64,000 bases of DNA from Candidatus Sumerlaeia bacterium (GTDB lineage: Bacteria; Sumerlaeota; Sumerlaeia; SLMS01; JAHLLQ01), in NCBI GenBank assembly GCA_019634695.1, contig JAHCAW010000001.1, positions 48,328 to 112,327 of the forward strand, given 5' to 3'. The notes beneath the pieces are model-generated. The model made no database searches and had not been told where the DNA came from. It was given only the letters and a program-made list of their open reading frames with translations. Shown here piece by piece: positions 18,296 to 28,337 of the stretch. The position numbers and the translations under genes were made by a program. The number at the start of each line of letters is the position of its first letter. Position 1 is the first letter of the stretch.

Positions 18296-19914
18296 ATGGC
18301 ACCGATCGACAGCCGTCCACGCACCCGTCCGGCCAGCTCCCGCAGCAAGAGCGCTCCAAAGCTCTCCTTGCCTGAGGGGCCCGGTGTGACAGACAAGTCA
18401 CACCACGACGCCGCCAAGAGGTCCCGGACGGCCATGCAGGCTTCCCACGCTCCCGCCTTCGCGTCTCCCCATGGCATGATGGGCGAGCTGCCGCCGCCAT
18501 TGCGCCTCTATCTCGACGCCCAGCCGCGCCGCGTCCGCATGTTTGCAGAAGACCTTCGCGTAATCTGGTGCAACCGCCCCGACGGCCTCGAGGATCGCCT
18601 GCGCTTCCCCGCCCCCGACGGGCCGACCGTTCCGGCAACCGGCAGCGACCGCGAGCGCTGGCCGGTCACCCGGGTTCTGGAGGGAGCGCCTCGCGCCTCG
18701 CGCCTCTACACCGTCCAGCATCTGCCCGAAGGATGCCAGCGCCCCGAGTTCGCCTTCCTGCGCGTCACCGCCTGGCCGATCCAGACGCCGCATGGCCTGC
18801 TCGTCATCGAGGAGACCGAGACGGTCGACGCGCCCGAGGAGGACGCGCATCGTCTCGGCCACCTCGACCAGAGCATCGAGGATCTGCTGCACCATGTGTT
18901 GACCGGCTTGAACCGTGGGGCCGACGTGCCGCACCTGCGCCTGGAGAATCCGGCGGTCGAAGTTTGCGACGGCGTGCGGCGCTGCACGGGCGAATCGTGC
19001 GCCGGCAACGGGCGTTCGCGCTGCTGGGAGCTGTCCCAATTGACGGCGGCCGAGCGCGAAGCCGCCGGCCTGCTCGAGCACTTCGAGGCGTGCAGTCGTT
19101 GCCCGGTCTTCGGGGCTGCCTCGCCCGATCCGCTTATCCGCATCTCGGAGAACTTCAACCGGCTGCTGTCGCTGCTCGAGGTCAAGCACGCCGAGAGCCT
19201 GGACGTTCAGCACCGCATGCAGCAGGCCGACAAGCTGGCCATCATGGGCGAGCTGCTGGCCAGCATCGCGCACGAGATCAAGAACCCTCTGGGCATCATC
19301 ATCGGGCGGATCGACGTCCTGGGCCTTGAGATGGACGCCATCACGCCCGGAGAACTCGCCGGCGACCTGCGCACCATTCAGGACCAAGCCGACCGCGTGC
19401 GCCAGATCGTCGACCACCTGCTGCGCATGGCCCGCCCCGAGCCCCCGGACTTCCACCCGGTGAACCTCAATGCCGTCGTCAACGACTGCCTGGCGATGGT
19501 GCGCAAGAACCTCACCGACCGCCGCATAGCGGTCGTCACGCGGCTGGCACCCGAGCTGCCCGACATTCAGGCCGACCGCATCCAGATGCAGCAGGTGCTG
19601 CTGAACCTGATCCTGAACGCGCGCGACGCGATGGACGAGGGCGGCAAACTGACGATCGCGACCAGTCTCGACGTGCCGCATCCGGCAGGCGTGCGCGTGG
19701 TGGTGTCGGACACCGGCATCGGCATCCCGGCCGATCGGCTGACGAAGCTCTTCTCCTCGTTCCACACGACGAAGCTCGAGCGCGGCGGCACGGGCCTGGG
19801 CCTGGCGGTCTGCCGCCGCATCATGGCGGCGCATCATGGCCGGATTCACGCCGAGAGCGTCGCCGGCCGCGGCACGACGATGCGCCTGTGGCTGCCCGTC
19901 GACAGGAGGGTCGC

Positions 19915-19918
<4 letters not shown>
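18296..19918 (+). CDS. Cytoplasmic sensor histidine kinase with a Cys-rich sensory region
   Basis: Carries the H-box LLASIAHEIKNPL, N-box LNLILNARDA and G-boxes DTGIGI / GTGLGLAVCRRI, with no TM helices. The true start may be downstream (ATG 18434 or 18476), because the first about 45 codons are low-complexity and contain a palindrome. Confidence 0.8.
18383..18404. promoter_or_regulatory. Perfect palindrome GGTGTGAC-N6-GTCACACC (candidate operator/UAS)
   Basis: Read directly. The same TGTGAC-N6-GTCACA core recurs at 26871-26890 in clearly non-coding DNA. Confidence 0.4.
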
Positions 19919-21396
<1,478 letters not shown>

Positions 21397-21717
21397 GGCA
21401 CGCTCCCACGACCTCGCCCGCACGCGCCCGAAACCGGGTGAGGCTTTCCCGTCACAGTCCAGCCCCTCCACAGCCTCTGCTCCCTTTCGCGCGACTTCGG
21501 CCGGTCGTCGCAGCATTGCCGCCATTGAACTTGCGAATCGACCTCTCCCAAATTCCCCGTCGGGGAAGGATTTTGCTATTCTCTTCCAAGTGTTCGCTGC
21601 TTCGCGGGGGACGTGTGCCCGAAGACCAATCCGGTGTCGGTCGCTCGATCGGGTCCCATACCTCCGCCCCATTCATCGGGTCGTCGGAAACGTGTGCTGA
21701 GAGGGAGGCGCGCCGAG

Positions 21718-24700
21718 ATGAGAACCCTTCGAATCGCTCAAGCTGTCCGTGCGGTGATCCTGACCGTGCTGCTGGGGCTTCTGACCGCCCCGGCGCTGGC
21801 GCAGGCCATTGGCCGCGTGGAGGTTATGTCGGTTACACCGCGCATGGTCGCGGCGGATCCGAACGACATCTTCGACGAGGTCGCCTCGGGCCTCAACGTC
21901 GTGGGCGTCGAAGAGAAGGTCTACCTGTCGGCCATGGCGCTGCCCGGGCAGACGCTCGGCGGGGCGACCTGGGTGCTGCGCAGCCGGCCCGGCGAGTCCA
22001 ACGCCGCCCTGAGTGACACGACGGGCACACTCGTGACGCTGGTTCCCGACGTCTCGGGACTCTACATCGTCGAGCTGACTCCGCTCAATGCCTCGAACCA
22101 ACCGACCACCGTCGTTCGCCAGCGCATCTACGCCGGCGTCTGGGTCGGCGCCGGCGTCTTCAACACCCACGCCGATCCGAATCCGACGATCCCATCGTGT
22201 GCCAACGCCTGCTGCCACGCGGAGAGCAACGTCCCGCGCCTCAACGTCGTCGACCGCTGGCTCGACAGCAAGCACGCCACCACCCTGCAAGCGCACCTCA
22301 ACGGCGAGCGCGGCAACCACACCACCGAGTCGTGTCTGCCCTGTCACAGCGTCGGCTTCAAGAAGTCGGCCGACAACCGGGGCTTCGACGACATCGCCTT
22401 CGACCTTGGATTCGACCTCGCCCAGATCGCCACGCTCGTTCAGGACGCCGTCGCCAACGGCAACCAGAACTTCCACGTCCTTCCCGCCGCCCTTCAGAAC
22501 CACGCCTCCGTGCAGTGCGAAAGCTGCCACGGACCCGGCTCGCACCACCTCGGCGCGATCCTGGAACCGGACCGCGGCATCGCCGGCGTCAACCTCGACA
22601 CCAAGCAGTGCGCCCAGTGCCACGACTCGGCCTCGGGCTTCCAGCAGGGATTCTATCAGTGGAACGCCTCCTCGCATCCGATCACCGCGGACCTGAGCCA
22701 GGGCAACGTGGCGACGAACAACACGTGCCGGCCCTGTCACACCGGCGAAGGCTTCGTCTACGGCATGGTGCGCGGCGAGCCGATCCCGCAACTCGGCGCC
22801 GGCCAGTACCACGGCATCACCTGCTCGAGTTGCCATGACCCGCACGGCTCCGAGCACCCGCACCAGATTCGCATCTCGGGCGCCGTGACGCTGCCCAGCG
22901 GCCACGTCTTCGAGACCGCCGGCAAGGGCGGCCTGTGCGCCAAGTGCCACAACACGCGCTCGACCAACGGCGACAACACCGCCATCACCAGCTTCCGCGG
23001 CGCCCACTACGGCCCGCAGGCCGACGTCCTTCTCGGCGTCAACATGGCCCACTTCAACCTGCCCGTCTACGATAACTCCGCCCACACCACCATCGTGAAG
23101 GACACCTGCGTGACCTGTCACATGGCGCCGGGCGTCGGCGGTGGACCGGGCCAGACGACGCCGCCGCTCGTTGGCGAGCACACCTACTCCATGCGCGACG
23201 ACCGCGGCACGGCCGACCCGTCCGACGACATCATCAACGCTGCCAACGCCTGCGCCTCCTGCCATCCCGAGCTGACCGACACGTACAACCGGCTCGCCCG
23301 TGGCGACTATGACGGCGACGGCGTGCGCGAAGGCATCCAGACCGAGGTCGAGGGCCTGCTGGCCCTGCTGCGTCCCGGCCTGCTCGCCCTGCCCGGTGCC
23401 AGCTTGAGTGCCTCCGGCACGATCAGCGTCACCCAGGCCAACTGGAACACTTGGTCTCAGGACCAGCGCCGCGCGGTCTACAACCACAACATGGCCGTCA
23501 ACGACAAGAGCCGCGGCATCCACAACACCTCGTTCACGGTGCAGAGCCTCCAGCGTTCGTACTTCGGCGCCTACGGCCGCACGATCACGGACGACTTCCC
23601 CAAGATCGACCTGCGCGGCCCCGTGCAGCCGACCTCGATCGTTCCGCCAACCCCGTCGCCGACTCCTGTCCCCACGCCGACCCCGGTGCCGACCCCGGTG
23701 CCCGAATACCTGGCCGTGATCGACCTCGTCGGCGTGTCGCCGCGCACGGTGGACACCGACACCTCCGGCAGGTTCGACGAGGCCGCGACAGGCCTGCGGG
23801 CCGTCGGCGTTGGCGAGAAGGTCTACATGCAGGCGCGCAAGGTGGACAACGCGGTGATCTCGTACCGCTGGAGCATCCTGAGCCGTCCGTCGGGTTCGAC
23901 CGCCGGCCTCAGCGCCACCACCGGCGAGGCCATCACCTTCCGGCCCGACCGCCGCGGCGTCTACATCGTGCGCCTGACTCCGGAGACTTCCGGCAAGGCC
24001 GTCATCGACGTTTACGACCAGCGCATCTACGCCGCCGACTTCGTGGGTGTCGGCAAGATCGATCCCGAGTCGACCGTCGCGCCGCGGGCGCCGCAGTGCG
24101 GCACCGGCTTCTGCCACGGCGGAGACAGCGGCAACGCCGACCTCAACGTGCTGCAGGACTGGCTCCAGACCAAACACGCCAGCAAGCTGCAACGCGACCT
24201 CAACGGCGAGACCGTCGCCTTCTACTCGGTCTCGTGCCTGCCCTGCCACACGGTCGGCTTCAACGACCACTTCCAGGCGATCAACAACGGCTTCGACGAC
24301 ATCGCCACGCGGCTGTCGTTCGACCTGAACCAGATCCCGGCGCTCGTTGCCGACGCCCGCCAGAACGGCAACCGCAACTTCAACCAGTTGCCGGCCGAGC
24401 TGCAGGGCCACTCCTCCGTGCAGTGCGAGAGCTGCCACGGCGCCGGCTCGCTGCATCCGTCGAACCTGACGGCGGCCGACAAGGGCATCGACGGCGCGAA
24501 CCTCGGCTTCTCGGCGTGCGCCAAGTGCCACGACTCGGCCTCGGGCTTCCAGCAGGGCTTCTACCAGTGGAGCAGCTCGTCGCACCCGGTGACGGCGGAC
24601 CTGAGCCAGGGTAGCGTCGCGGCCAACAACACCTGCCGGCCGTGCCACACCGGCGAGGGCTTCGTCGCGGTGTATGGCGACGGCAAGCCGATCCCGCAGC

Positions 24701-25581
24701 TCGCCAACCACGAATACCACGGCATCACCTGCTCGGCCTGTCACGATCCGCACAGCGCGAAGAATCCGCACCAGTTGCGGGCGTGGGGCGACTTCGTGAT
24801 TCCGTCGGGCACGCGGCCGTACGGCTCCGGCACCGGCGGCACCTGCTTCCGCTGCCACAACTCGCGCATCGCCAACGCGGAGACCACTTCGCAGACGAGT
24901 TTCCGCGGGGCGCACTACGGAACCCAGGGCGACATGCTGCTCGGCTCGACCGGTGTGTCGTTCGGCCTGCCGTTCTCGCCGAACTCGCCGCACCTTGCCA
25001 CCGTGGACAACACCTGCACGGCCTGTCACATGGCGGAGACGCCGCTGTCCGGGCCGGGCATCATCGAGACGCCGCTTGTCGGCGGACACACCTACTCGAT
25101 GCGCGACACCCGCGGCACGGCCGATCCGTCCGACGACATCATCAACGTGGCCAACGCCTGCCAGCAGTGCCACCTGACGCTCGACAGCTACGACTATCCG
25201 GCGCGGGGCGACTACGACGGCAACGGCATCGTCGAGGGCACGCAGACCGAGGTCGCCGGGCTGCTGCTGATGCTGCGCACCGGCATCCTGGCCACCATGC
25301 CCGGGACGACGGCCAACGCCGCCGGGCGCATCAGCGTCACCACCGCCGCCTTCAGCCAACTGACTCCGGACCAGAAGCGCGCGCTGTACAACTACAACTT
25401 CGTCCATGCGGACGGCAGCCTGGGCGTGCACAACACGGCCTACGCGGTGCAGTTGCTCCAGCGCTCGTACTACGGCGTCTACGGGGTGTCGATCCTGGTC
25501 GACTTCCCGAACATCCACCTGCGCGGCCCCGTGCAGGAACCGATCCCGCGCCCGTCAAGGGACCAATGGCGCGTGCGCTGA
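21718..25581 (+). CDS. Secreted giant multiheme cytochrome c: 18 heme motifs, two homologous halves joined by a Pro/Thr linker
   Basis: The signal peptide is MRTLRIAQAVRAVILTVLLGLLTAPALAQA. Each half carries one CX4CH (CANACCH / CGTGFCH) plus 8 CXXCH. The linker is PPTPSPTPVPTPTPVPTPVP. Confidence 0.9.
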   Translation: MRTLRIAQAVRAVILTVLLGLLTAPALAQAIGRVEVMSVTPRMVAADPNDIFDEVASGLNVVGVEEKVYLSAMALPGQTLGGATWVLRSRPGESNAALSDTTGTLVTLVPDVSGLYIVELTPLNASNQPTTVVRQRIYAGVWVGAGVFNTHADPNPTIPSCANACCHAESNVPRLNVVDRWLDSKHATTLQAHLNGERGNHTTESCLPCHSVGFKKSADNRGFDDIAFDLGFDLAQIATLVQDAVANGNQNFHVLPAALQNHASVQCESCHGPGSHHLGAILEPDRGIAGVNLDTKQCAQCHDSASGFQQGFYQWNASSHPITADLSQGNVATNNTCRPCHTGEGFVYGMVRGEPIPQLGAGQYHGITCSSCHDPHGSEHPHQIRISGAVTLPSGHVFETAGKGGLCAKCHNTRSTNGDNTAITSFRGAHYGPQADVLLGVNMAHFNLPVYDNSAHTTIVKDTCVTCHMAPGVGGGPGQTTPPLVGEHTYSMRDDRGTADPSDDIINAANACASCHPELTDTYNRLARGDYDGDGVREGIQTEVEGLLALLRPGLLALPGASLSASGTISVTQANWNTWSQDQRRAVYNHNMAVNDKSRGIHNTSFTVQSLQRSYFGAYGRTITDDFPKIDLRGPVQPTSIVPPTPSPTPVPTPTPVPTPVPEYLAVIDLVGVSPRTVDTDTSGRFDEAATGLRAVGVGEKVYMQARKVDNAVISYRWSILSRPSGSTAGLSATTGEAITFRPDRRGVYIVRLTPETSGKAVIDVYDQRIYAADFVGVGKIDPESTVAPRAPQCGTGFCHGGDSGNADLNVLQDWLQTKHASKLQRDLNGETVAFYSVSCLPCHTVGFNDHFQAINNGFDDIATRLSFDLNQIPALVADARQNGNRNFNQLPAELQGHSSVQCESCHGAGSLHPSNLTAADKGIDGANLGFSACAKCHDSASGFQQGFYQWSSSSHPVTADLSQGSVAANNTCRPCHTGEGFVAVYGDGKPIPQLANHEYHGITCSACHDPHSAKNPHQLRAWGDFVIPSGTRPYGSGTGGTCFRCHNSRIANAETTSQTSFRGAHYGTQGDMLLGSTGVSFGLPFSPNSPHLATVDNTCTACHMAETPLSGPGIIETPLVGGHTYSMRDTRGTADPSDDIINVANACQQCHLTLDSYDYPARGDYDGNGIVEGTQTEVAGLLLMLRTGILATMPGTTANAAGRISVTTAAFSQLTPDQKRALYNYNFVHADGSLGVHNTAYAVQLLQRSYYGVYGVSILVDFPNIHLRGPVQEPIPRPSRDQWRVR

Positions 25582-25597
25582 CCGTGGAGAACCCCGT

Positions 25598-25626
25598 GGG
25601 GCGGGCGAGAGCCCGCCCCTTTCCTC
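25598..25626 (+). terminator. Intrinsic terminator-like hairpin after the giant cytochrome gene
   Basis: ggggcgggc gaga gcccgcccc followed by tttcctc: a 9-bp GC stem, a tetraloop and a T-rich tail. Confidence 0.6.
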
Positions 25627-25654
25627 AACACCCGGGAGGAGGCGAGGAAGCAAC

Positions 25655-26110
25655 GTGACACCGCGCGACCGCACTCGCTGCGTGCTGGTGGTCGGAGGCG
25701 ACGAGAAGCTTCGCACCCGCCTCTCCCGGTGCCTGCTGCATCTGGGCTGCAACGAGTGCGACTACGACCCGGACGAGGTCGCCTCGGCCGACTTTTGGCG
25801 CGAGCGTCCCTGCGCCCCCGCCGCGGTGGTCATCGATCTGCGCGAGGGCTTCGAGCCCGGCCGTGCCGTCCTGCAAGCTCTCAAGCGCGCCCGCATCGAC
25901 TCGCCCGTCATCGTCCTTACTCCCGACTTCTCCCGCGAGTTCGGAACGAAAATTGTATCTCTTGGCGTCAGTTACTGTCTGGCCCGCGACTGCGACGACG
26001 GCGAACTGCTCGAAGCGCTGACCGGTTTGATCGATCCGCCGGGAACCGACTCCCGGTCTTCCACCCGGAAGAACATCCCATCGTCCGAGCCCCCGACACC
26101 ACGGAGGTGA
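25655..26110 (+). CDS. Stand-alone atypical receiver (REC-like) domain protein
   Basis: GTG start after GGGAGGAGG. The beta1 strand is CVLVVGGDE, beta3 is AAVVIDL and beta4 is VIVLTP, but the conserved Lys-Pro of beta5 is replaced (YCLARD). Confidence 0.55.
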   Translation: MTPRDRTRCVLVVGGDEKLRTRLSRCLLHLGCNECDYDPDEVASADFWRERPCAPAAVVIDLREGFEPGRAVLQALKRARIDSPVIVLTPDFSREFGTKIVSLGVSYCLARDCDDGELLEALTGLIDPPGTDSRSSTRKNIPSSEPPTPRR

Positions 26111-26113
26111 CCC

Positions 26114-26764
26114 GTGCCCCCACTCATGAGACCCCTTTCGCGAGGCGCCCTGCTGGCCTCCGCCCTTGTCGTTGGGGCACTTCTGGTGCCGCGACCCACG
26201 CCGTCGGCCATCGAGGGATCCGCCCACGACTTCTCCGCCGTCGATCCCAGCCAGCAGATCTGCATCTTCTGCCACACGACGCACCGCGCCGACACCTCCG
26301 TCGTCGACGCCCCGCTGTGGAACCACGCGGTCACCAACCGCACGTACCAGCTCTACAACAGCCCGACGCTCGACGCGACGGTCTCGCAGCCCTCGGGCGC
26401 CTCGCGACTGTGCCTCTCCTGTCACGATGGCACGGTGGCCGTGGATTCCTACGGCGGACGCGCCGGCGTCATCTTCCTGGGCGGCCGGTTGGCGATCGGT
26501 GCCGACGAGTTGACCAACGACCACCCGGTCTCGTTCCTCTACGACGACGCGCTGGCGGCGGCCGACGGCGAGCTGCACCGCCCGTCCGCAACGCCCTCGG
26601 GTCTGGGCTCCACGATCGACGACGACCTGCTGTTCAACGGCCGGCTCGAGTGCTCAAGCTGCCATGACGTGCATAACGGCGCCTCGGCCGAGGCCATCGG
26701 CGAGAAGCTCCTCGTCATCACCCAAGTGGGCAGCCAACTGTGTCTCACCTGTCACGACAAGTGA
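26114..26764 (+). CDS. Periplasmic tetraheme cytochrome c
   Basis: Has a signal peptide and the motifs CIFCH, CLSCH, CSSCH and CLTCH. The N-terminal about 100 aa (CIFCHTTH..APLWNH..LCLSCHDGTVA) is homologous to the start of 36697..38394. Confidence 0.85.
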   Translation: MPPLMRPLSRGALLASALVVGALLVPRPTPSAIEGSAHDFSAVDPSQQICIFCHTTHRADTSVVDAPLWNHAVTNRTYQLYNSPTLDATVSQPSGASRLCLSCHDGTVAVDSYGGRAGVIFLGGRLAIGADELTNDHPVSFLYDDALAAADGELHRPSATPSGLGSTIDDDLLFNGRLECSSCHDVHNGASAEAIGEKLLVITQVGSQLCLTCHDK

Positions 26765-26810
26765 GGCGGCCCTACCCGCCCCAGTGCGCGAGGAACCCCG
26801 CGCGACGCGA

Positions 26811-26840
26811 CCCCGGCCCCCTTCTTCGGGCCGGGGTTTT
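26811..26840 (+). terminator. Rho-independent terminator
   Basis: ccccggccc-(8 nt)-gggccgggg followed by ttttcgc, located 47 nt after the stop. Confidence 0.7.
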
Positions 26841-26870
26841 CGCTCTGGGGGGGGCCGCGCACCAGAAACC

Positions 26871-26890
26871 CTGTGACCGGGCTGTCACAG
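26871..26890. promoter_or_regulatory. Perfect palindrome CTGTGAC-N6-GTCACAG upstream of the NHL/cytochrome operon
   Basis: Lies in the 466-nt non-coding gap between the terminator and the NHL gene. It has the same core as 18383-18404. Confidence 0.45.
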
Positions 26891-27230
26891 TCGCGGGCGC
26901 CGGCCTCGGGAATGGCCCGGGGCGGGTGCATGGAGAGGGCACGCTGGGCGGACGGCGAATTCTGGTTGGCCTCGCCAGGAGTCTCCGGGATCGCGTCGGC
27001 CCTGCTCCCGGGGGAACGACAAAGCCGCACCAACCGAAAGAGTTTCAACACTCGGCAAGGCGATTGAGGGGGTGGCCGGTGGCGAACGGGCCGGTCGCTT
27101 GTGACCTGCGGGCCTCCGGCGTTCTGCGCGCCCGCTCGTCCGCCACTGAATAAGGCCCGCAAGGGGGGACTTGGGCACGATCCTTTCAAGGAAATCGGAT
27201 AATCCAAGTATTGCTTGTCGGAGGCGCTCC

Positions 27231-28337
27231 ATGTCGGCGAAATCGGCCCCCCACAGCAGGCTCCTCGGCTGGGCCGTGGCGCTGGTCGCCATTGGCCTGC
27301 TGACGGGTTGTGCGGCCTCGTCGGCGCGGTCGGTGGCCGAGGCGACGCCCGTGGTCTTCCCGGCTCCGCCGGCCCCTGCGCGCGTCCAGTACCTGGGCGG
27401 CATCTCCACGCCGGACGACCTGCCGCGGGCCCGCAGCAAGTTCGCCGACTTCGTCCTCGGCCCGGAGCCGACCAGCTACCCGCTGGCCAAGCCGATCAGC
27501 GCGACGCTGCAGGGTTCCCGCCTGTACGTGTGCGACACGGTGCTGAACTCGGTGCTGGTCTACGACCTGGTCAGCGGGGAGGCGCGTCCGCTGGAGGGCG
27601 ACCGCGGGATCGGCAAGATTCGCCAGCCGAACAACCTGTGCTTCGACAGCGCCGGGCGCCTGTACGTGGCGGACAAGGTGCGGCAGGCGGTGGTGGTGTA
27701 CAATCCGGACGAGTCGTTTCTTGCGGCGTGGGGTCGGCCGGGCGAGTTCGCGCCGGTGGCCGTGGCGGTCCACGGCGACGAGATCTTCGTGTGCGATTCG
27801 AACCGGCACGAGATCGAGGTCTGGAGCCGGCAGGACGGGTCGCGGCTTCGGACGATCGGTGGACTGGGCAACGAGCCGGGCAAGTTCTTCATCCCGACGC
27901 AGGTGGCAGTGGACGCGGGCGGGGTGCTGCACGTGACGGATACGGGCAACTTCCGCGTGCAGCGACTGACACGGACGGGCGAGCCGCTGGCCGTGGTCGG
28001 CGGACCGGGGCGGGCGTTGGGCAAGTTTGCGTGGCCCAAGGGGATGGACCTCGACGGCCGCGGGCGCCTGTACGTGGCGGACTCGCGGTTTGCGAACGTG
28101 CAGATTTTCGACGCGCAGGGGCGCCTGCTGCTGTTCTTCGGCGGGCCGGGCCCGGACGGCGGTCATCTGGACCTGCCGGCCGGCGTGCGGCTGGTTCCTT
28201 GGCCGCGCGGCGTGCCGTGGCTCGAGCAACGCCTGATGGCGGGCTTCGATCCGGAGTTTCTCGCCGTCGTCGTCAGCCAGCAGGCGCAGTACTTCGTGAA
28301 CTTCTTTGCCATCGCGCGTGAGGAGGCGTCGCCGTGA
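27231..28337 (+). CDS. NHL-repeat (six-bladed beta-propeller) lipoprotein
   Basis: Has the lipobox LLTGC. Repeated blades are of the type P.g.a.D..G.lYVaD..n..vqvfd (for example GRLYVADKVRQAVVVY and GRLYVADSRFANVQIFD). Confidence 0.85.
   Translation: MSAKSAPHSRLLGWAVALVAIGLLTGCAASSARSVAEATPVVFPAPPAPARVQYLGGISTPDDLPRARSKFADFVLGPEPTSYPLAKPISATLQGSRLYVCDTVLNSVLVYDLVSGEARPLEGDRGIGKIRQPNNLCFDSAGRLYVADKVRQAVVVYNPDESFLAAWGRPGEFAPVAVAVHGDEIFVCDSNRHEIEVWSRQDGSRLRTIGGLGNEPGKFFIPTQVAVDAGGVLHVTDTGNFRVQRLTRTGEPLAVVGGPGRALGKFAWPKGMDLDGRGRLYVADSRFANVQIFDAQGRLLLFFGGPGPDGGHLDLPAGVRLVPWPRGVPWLEQRLMAGFDPEFLAVVVSQQAQYFVNFFAIAREEASP

Noticed and set aside
18383-18404. Reading the TGTGAC-N6-GTCACA palindromes as CRP/FNR-family sites.
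   Set aside because: The CRP consensus is TGTGA-N6-TCACA, whereas here the spacing between those pentamers is 8. No CRP-family gene is present in the window, so I kept them as generic operator/UAS candidates.
21673-25518. 1281-aa ORF antisense to the giant cytochrome gene. Similar very long ORFs occur at 32214..35444(-), 36196..38376(-), 13572..16709(+), 1862..3019(-), 8099..9013(+), 58442..59944(+) and elsewhere.
   Set aside because: They are typical high-GC stop-codon-poor shadow frames. Their translations are Arg/Ala/Gly/Pro-rich low-complexity strings with no motifs. The opposite or alternate frame carries clear signatures such as CXXCH arrays, Walker motifs and signal peptides.
26873-27067. 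Small ORFs (64 aa and 137 aa) in the 466-nt gap upstream of the first NHL gene.
   Set aside because: They have no RBS, no motif and Arg/Gly-rich composition. The region is better explained as a terminator plus regulatory leader.
27198-27203. GATAAT as a sigma70 -10 box for the NHL operon.
   Set aside because: No acceptable -35 element lies at 16-18 nt spacing; TTGGGC is 21 nt away. I left it as an unresolved alternative to the sigma54-like element.
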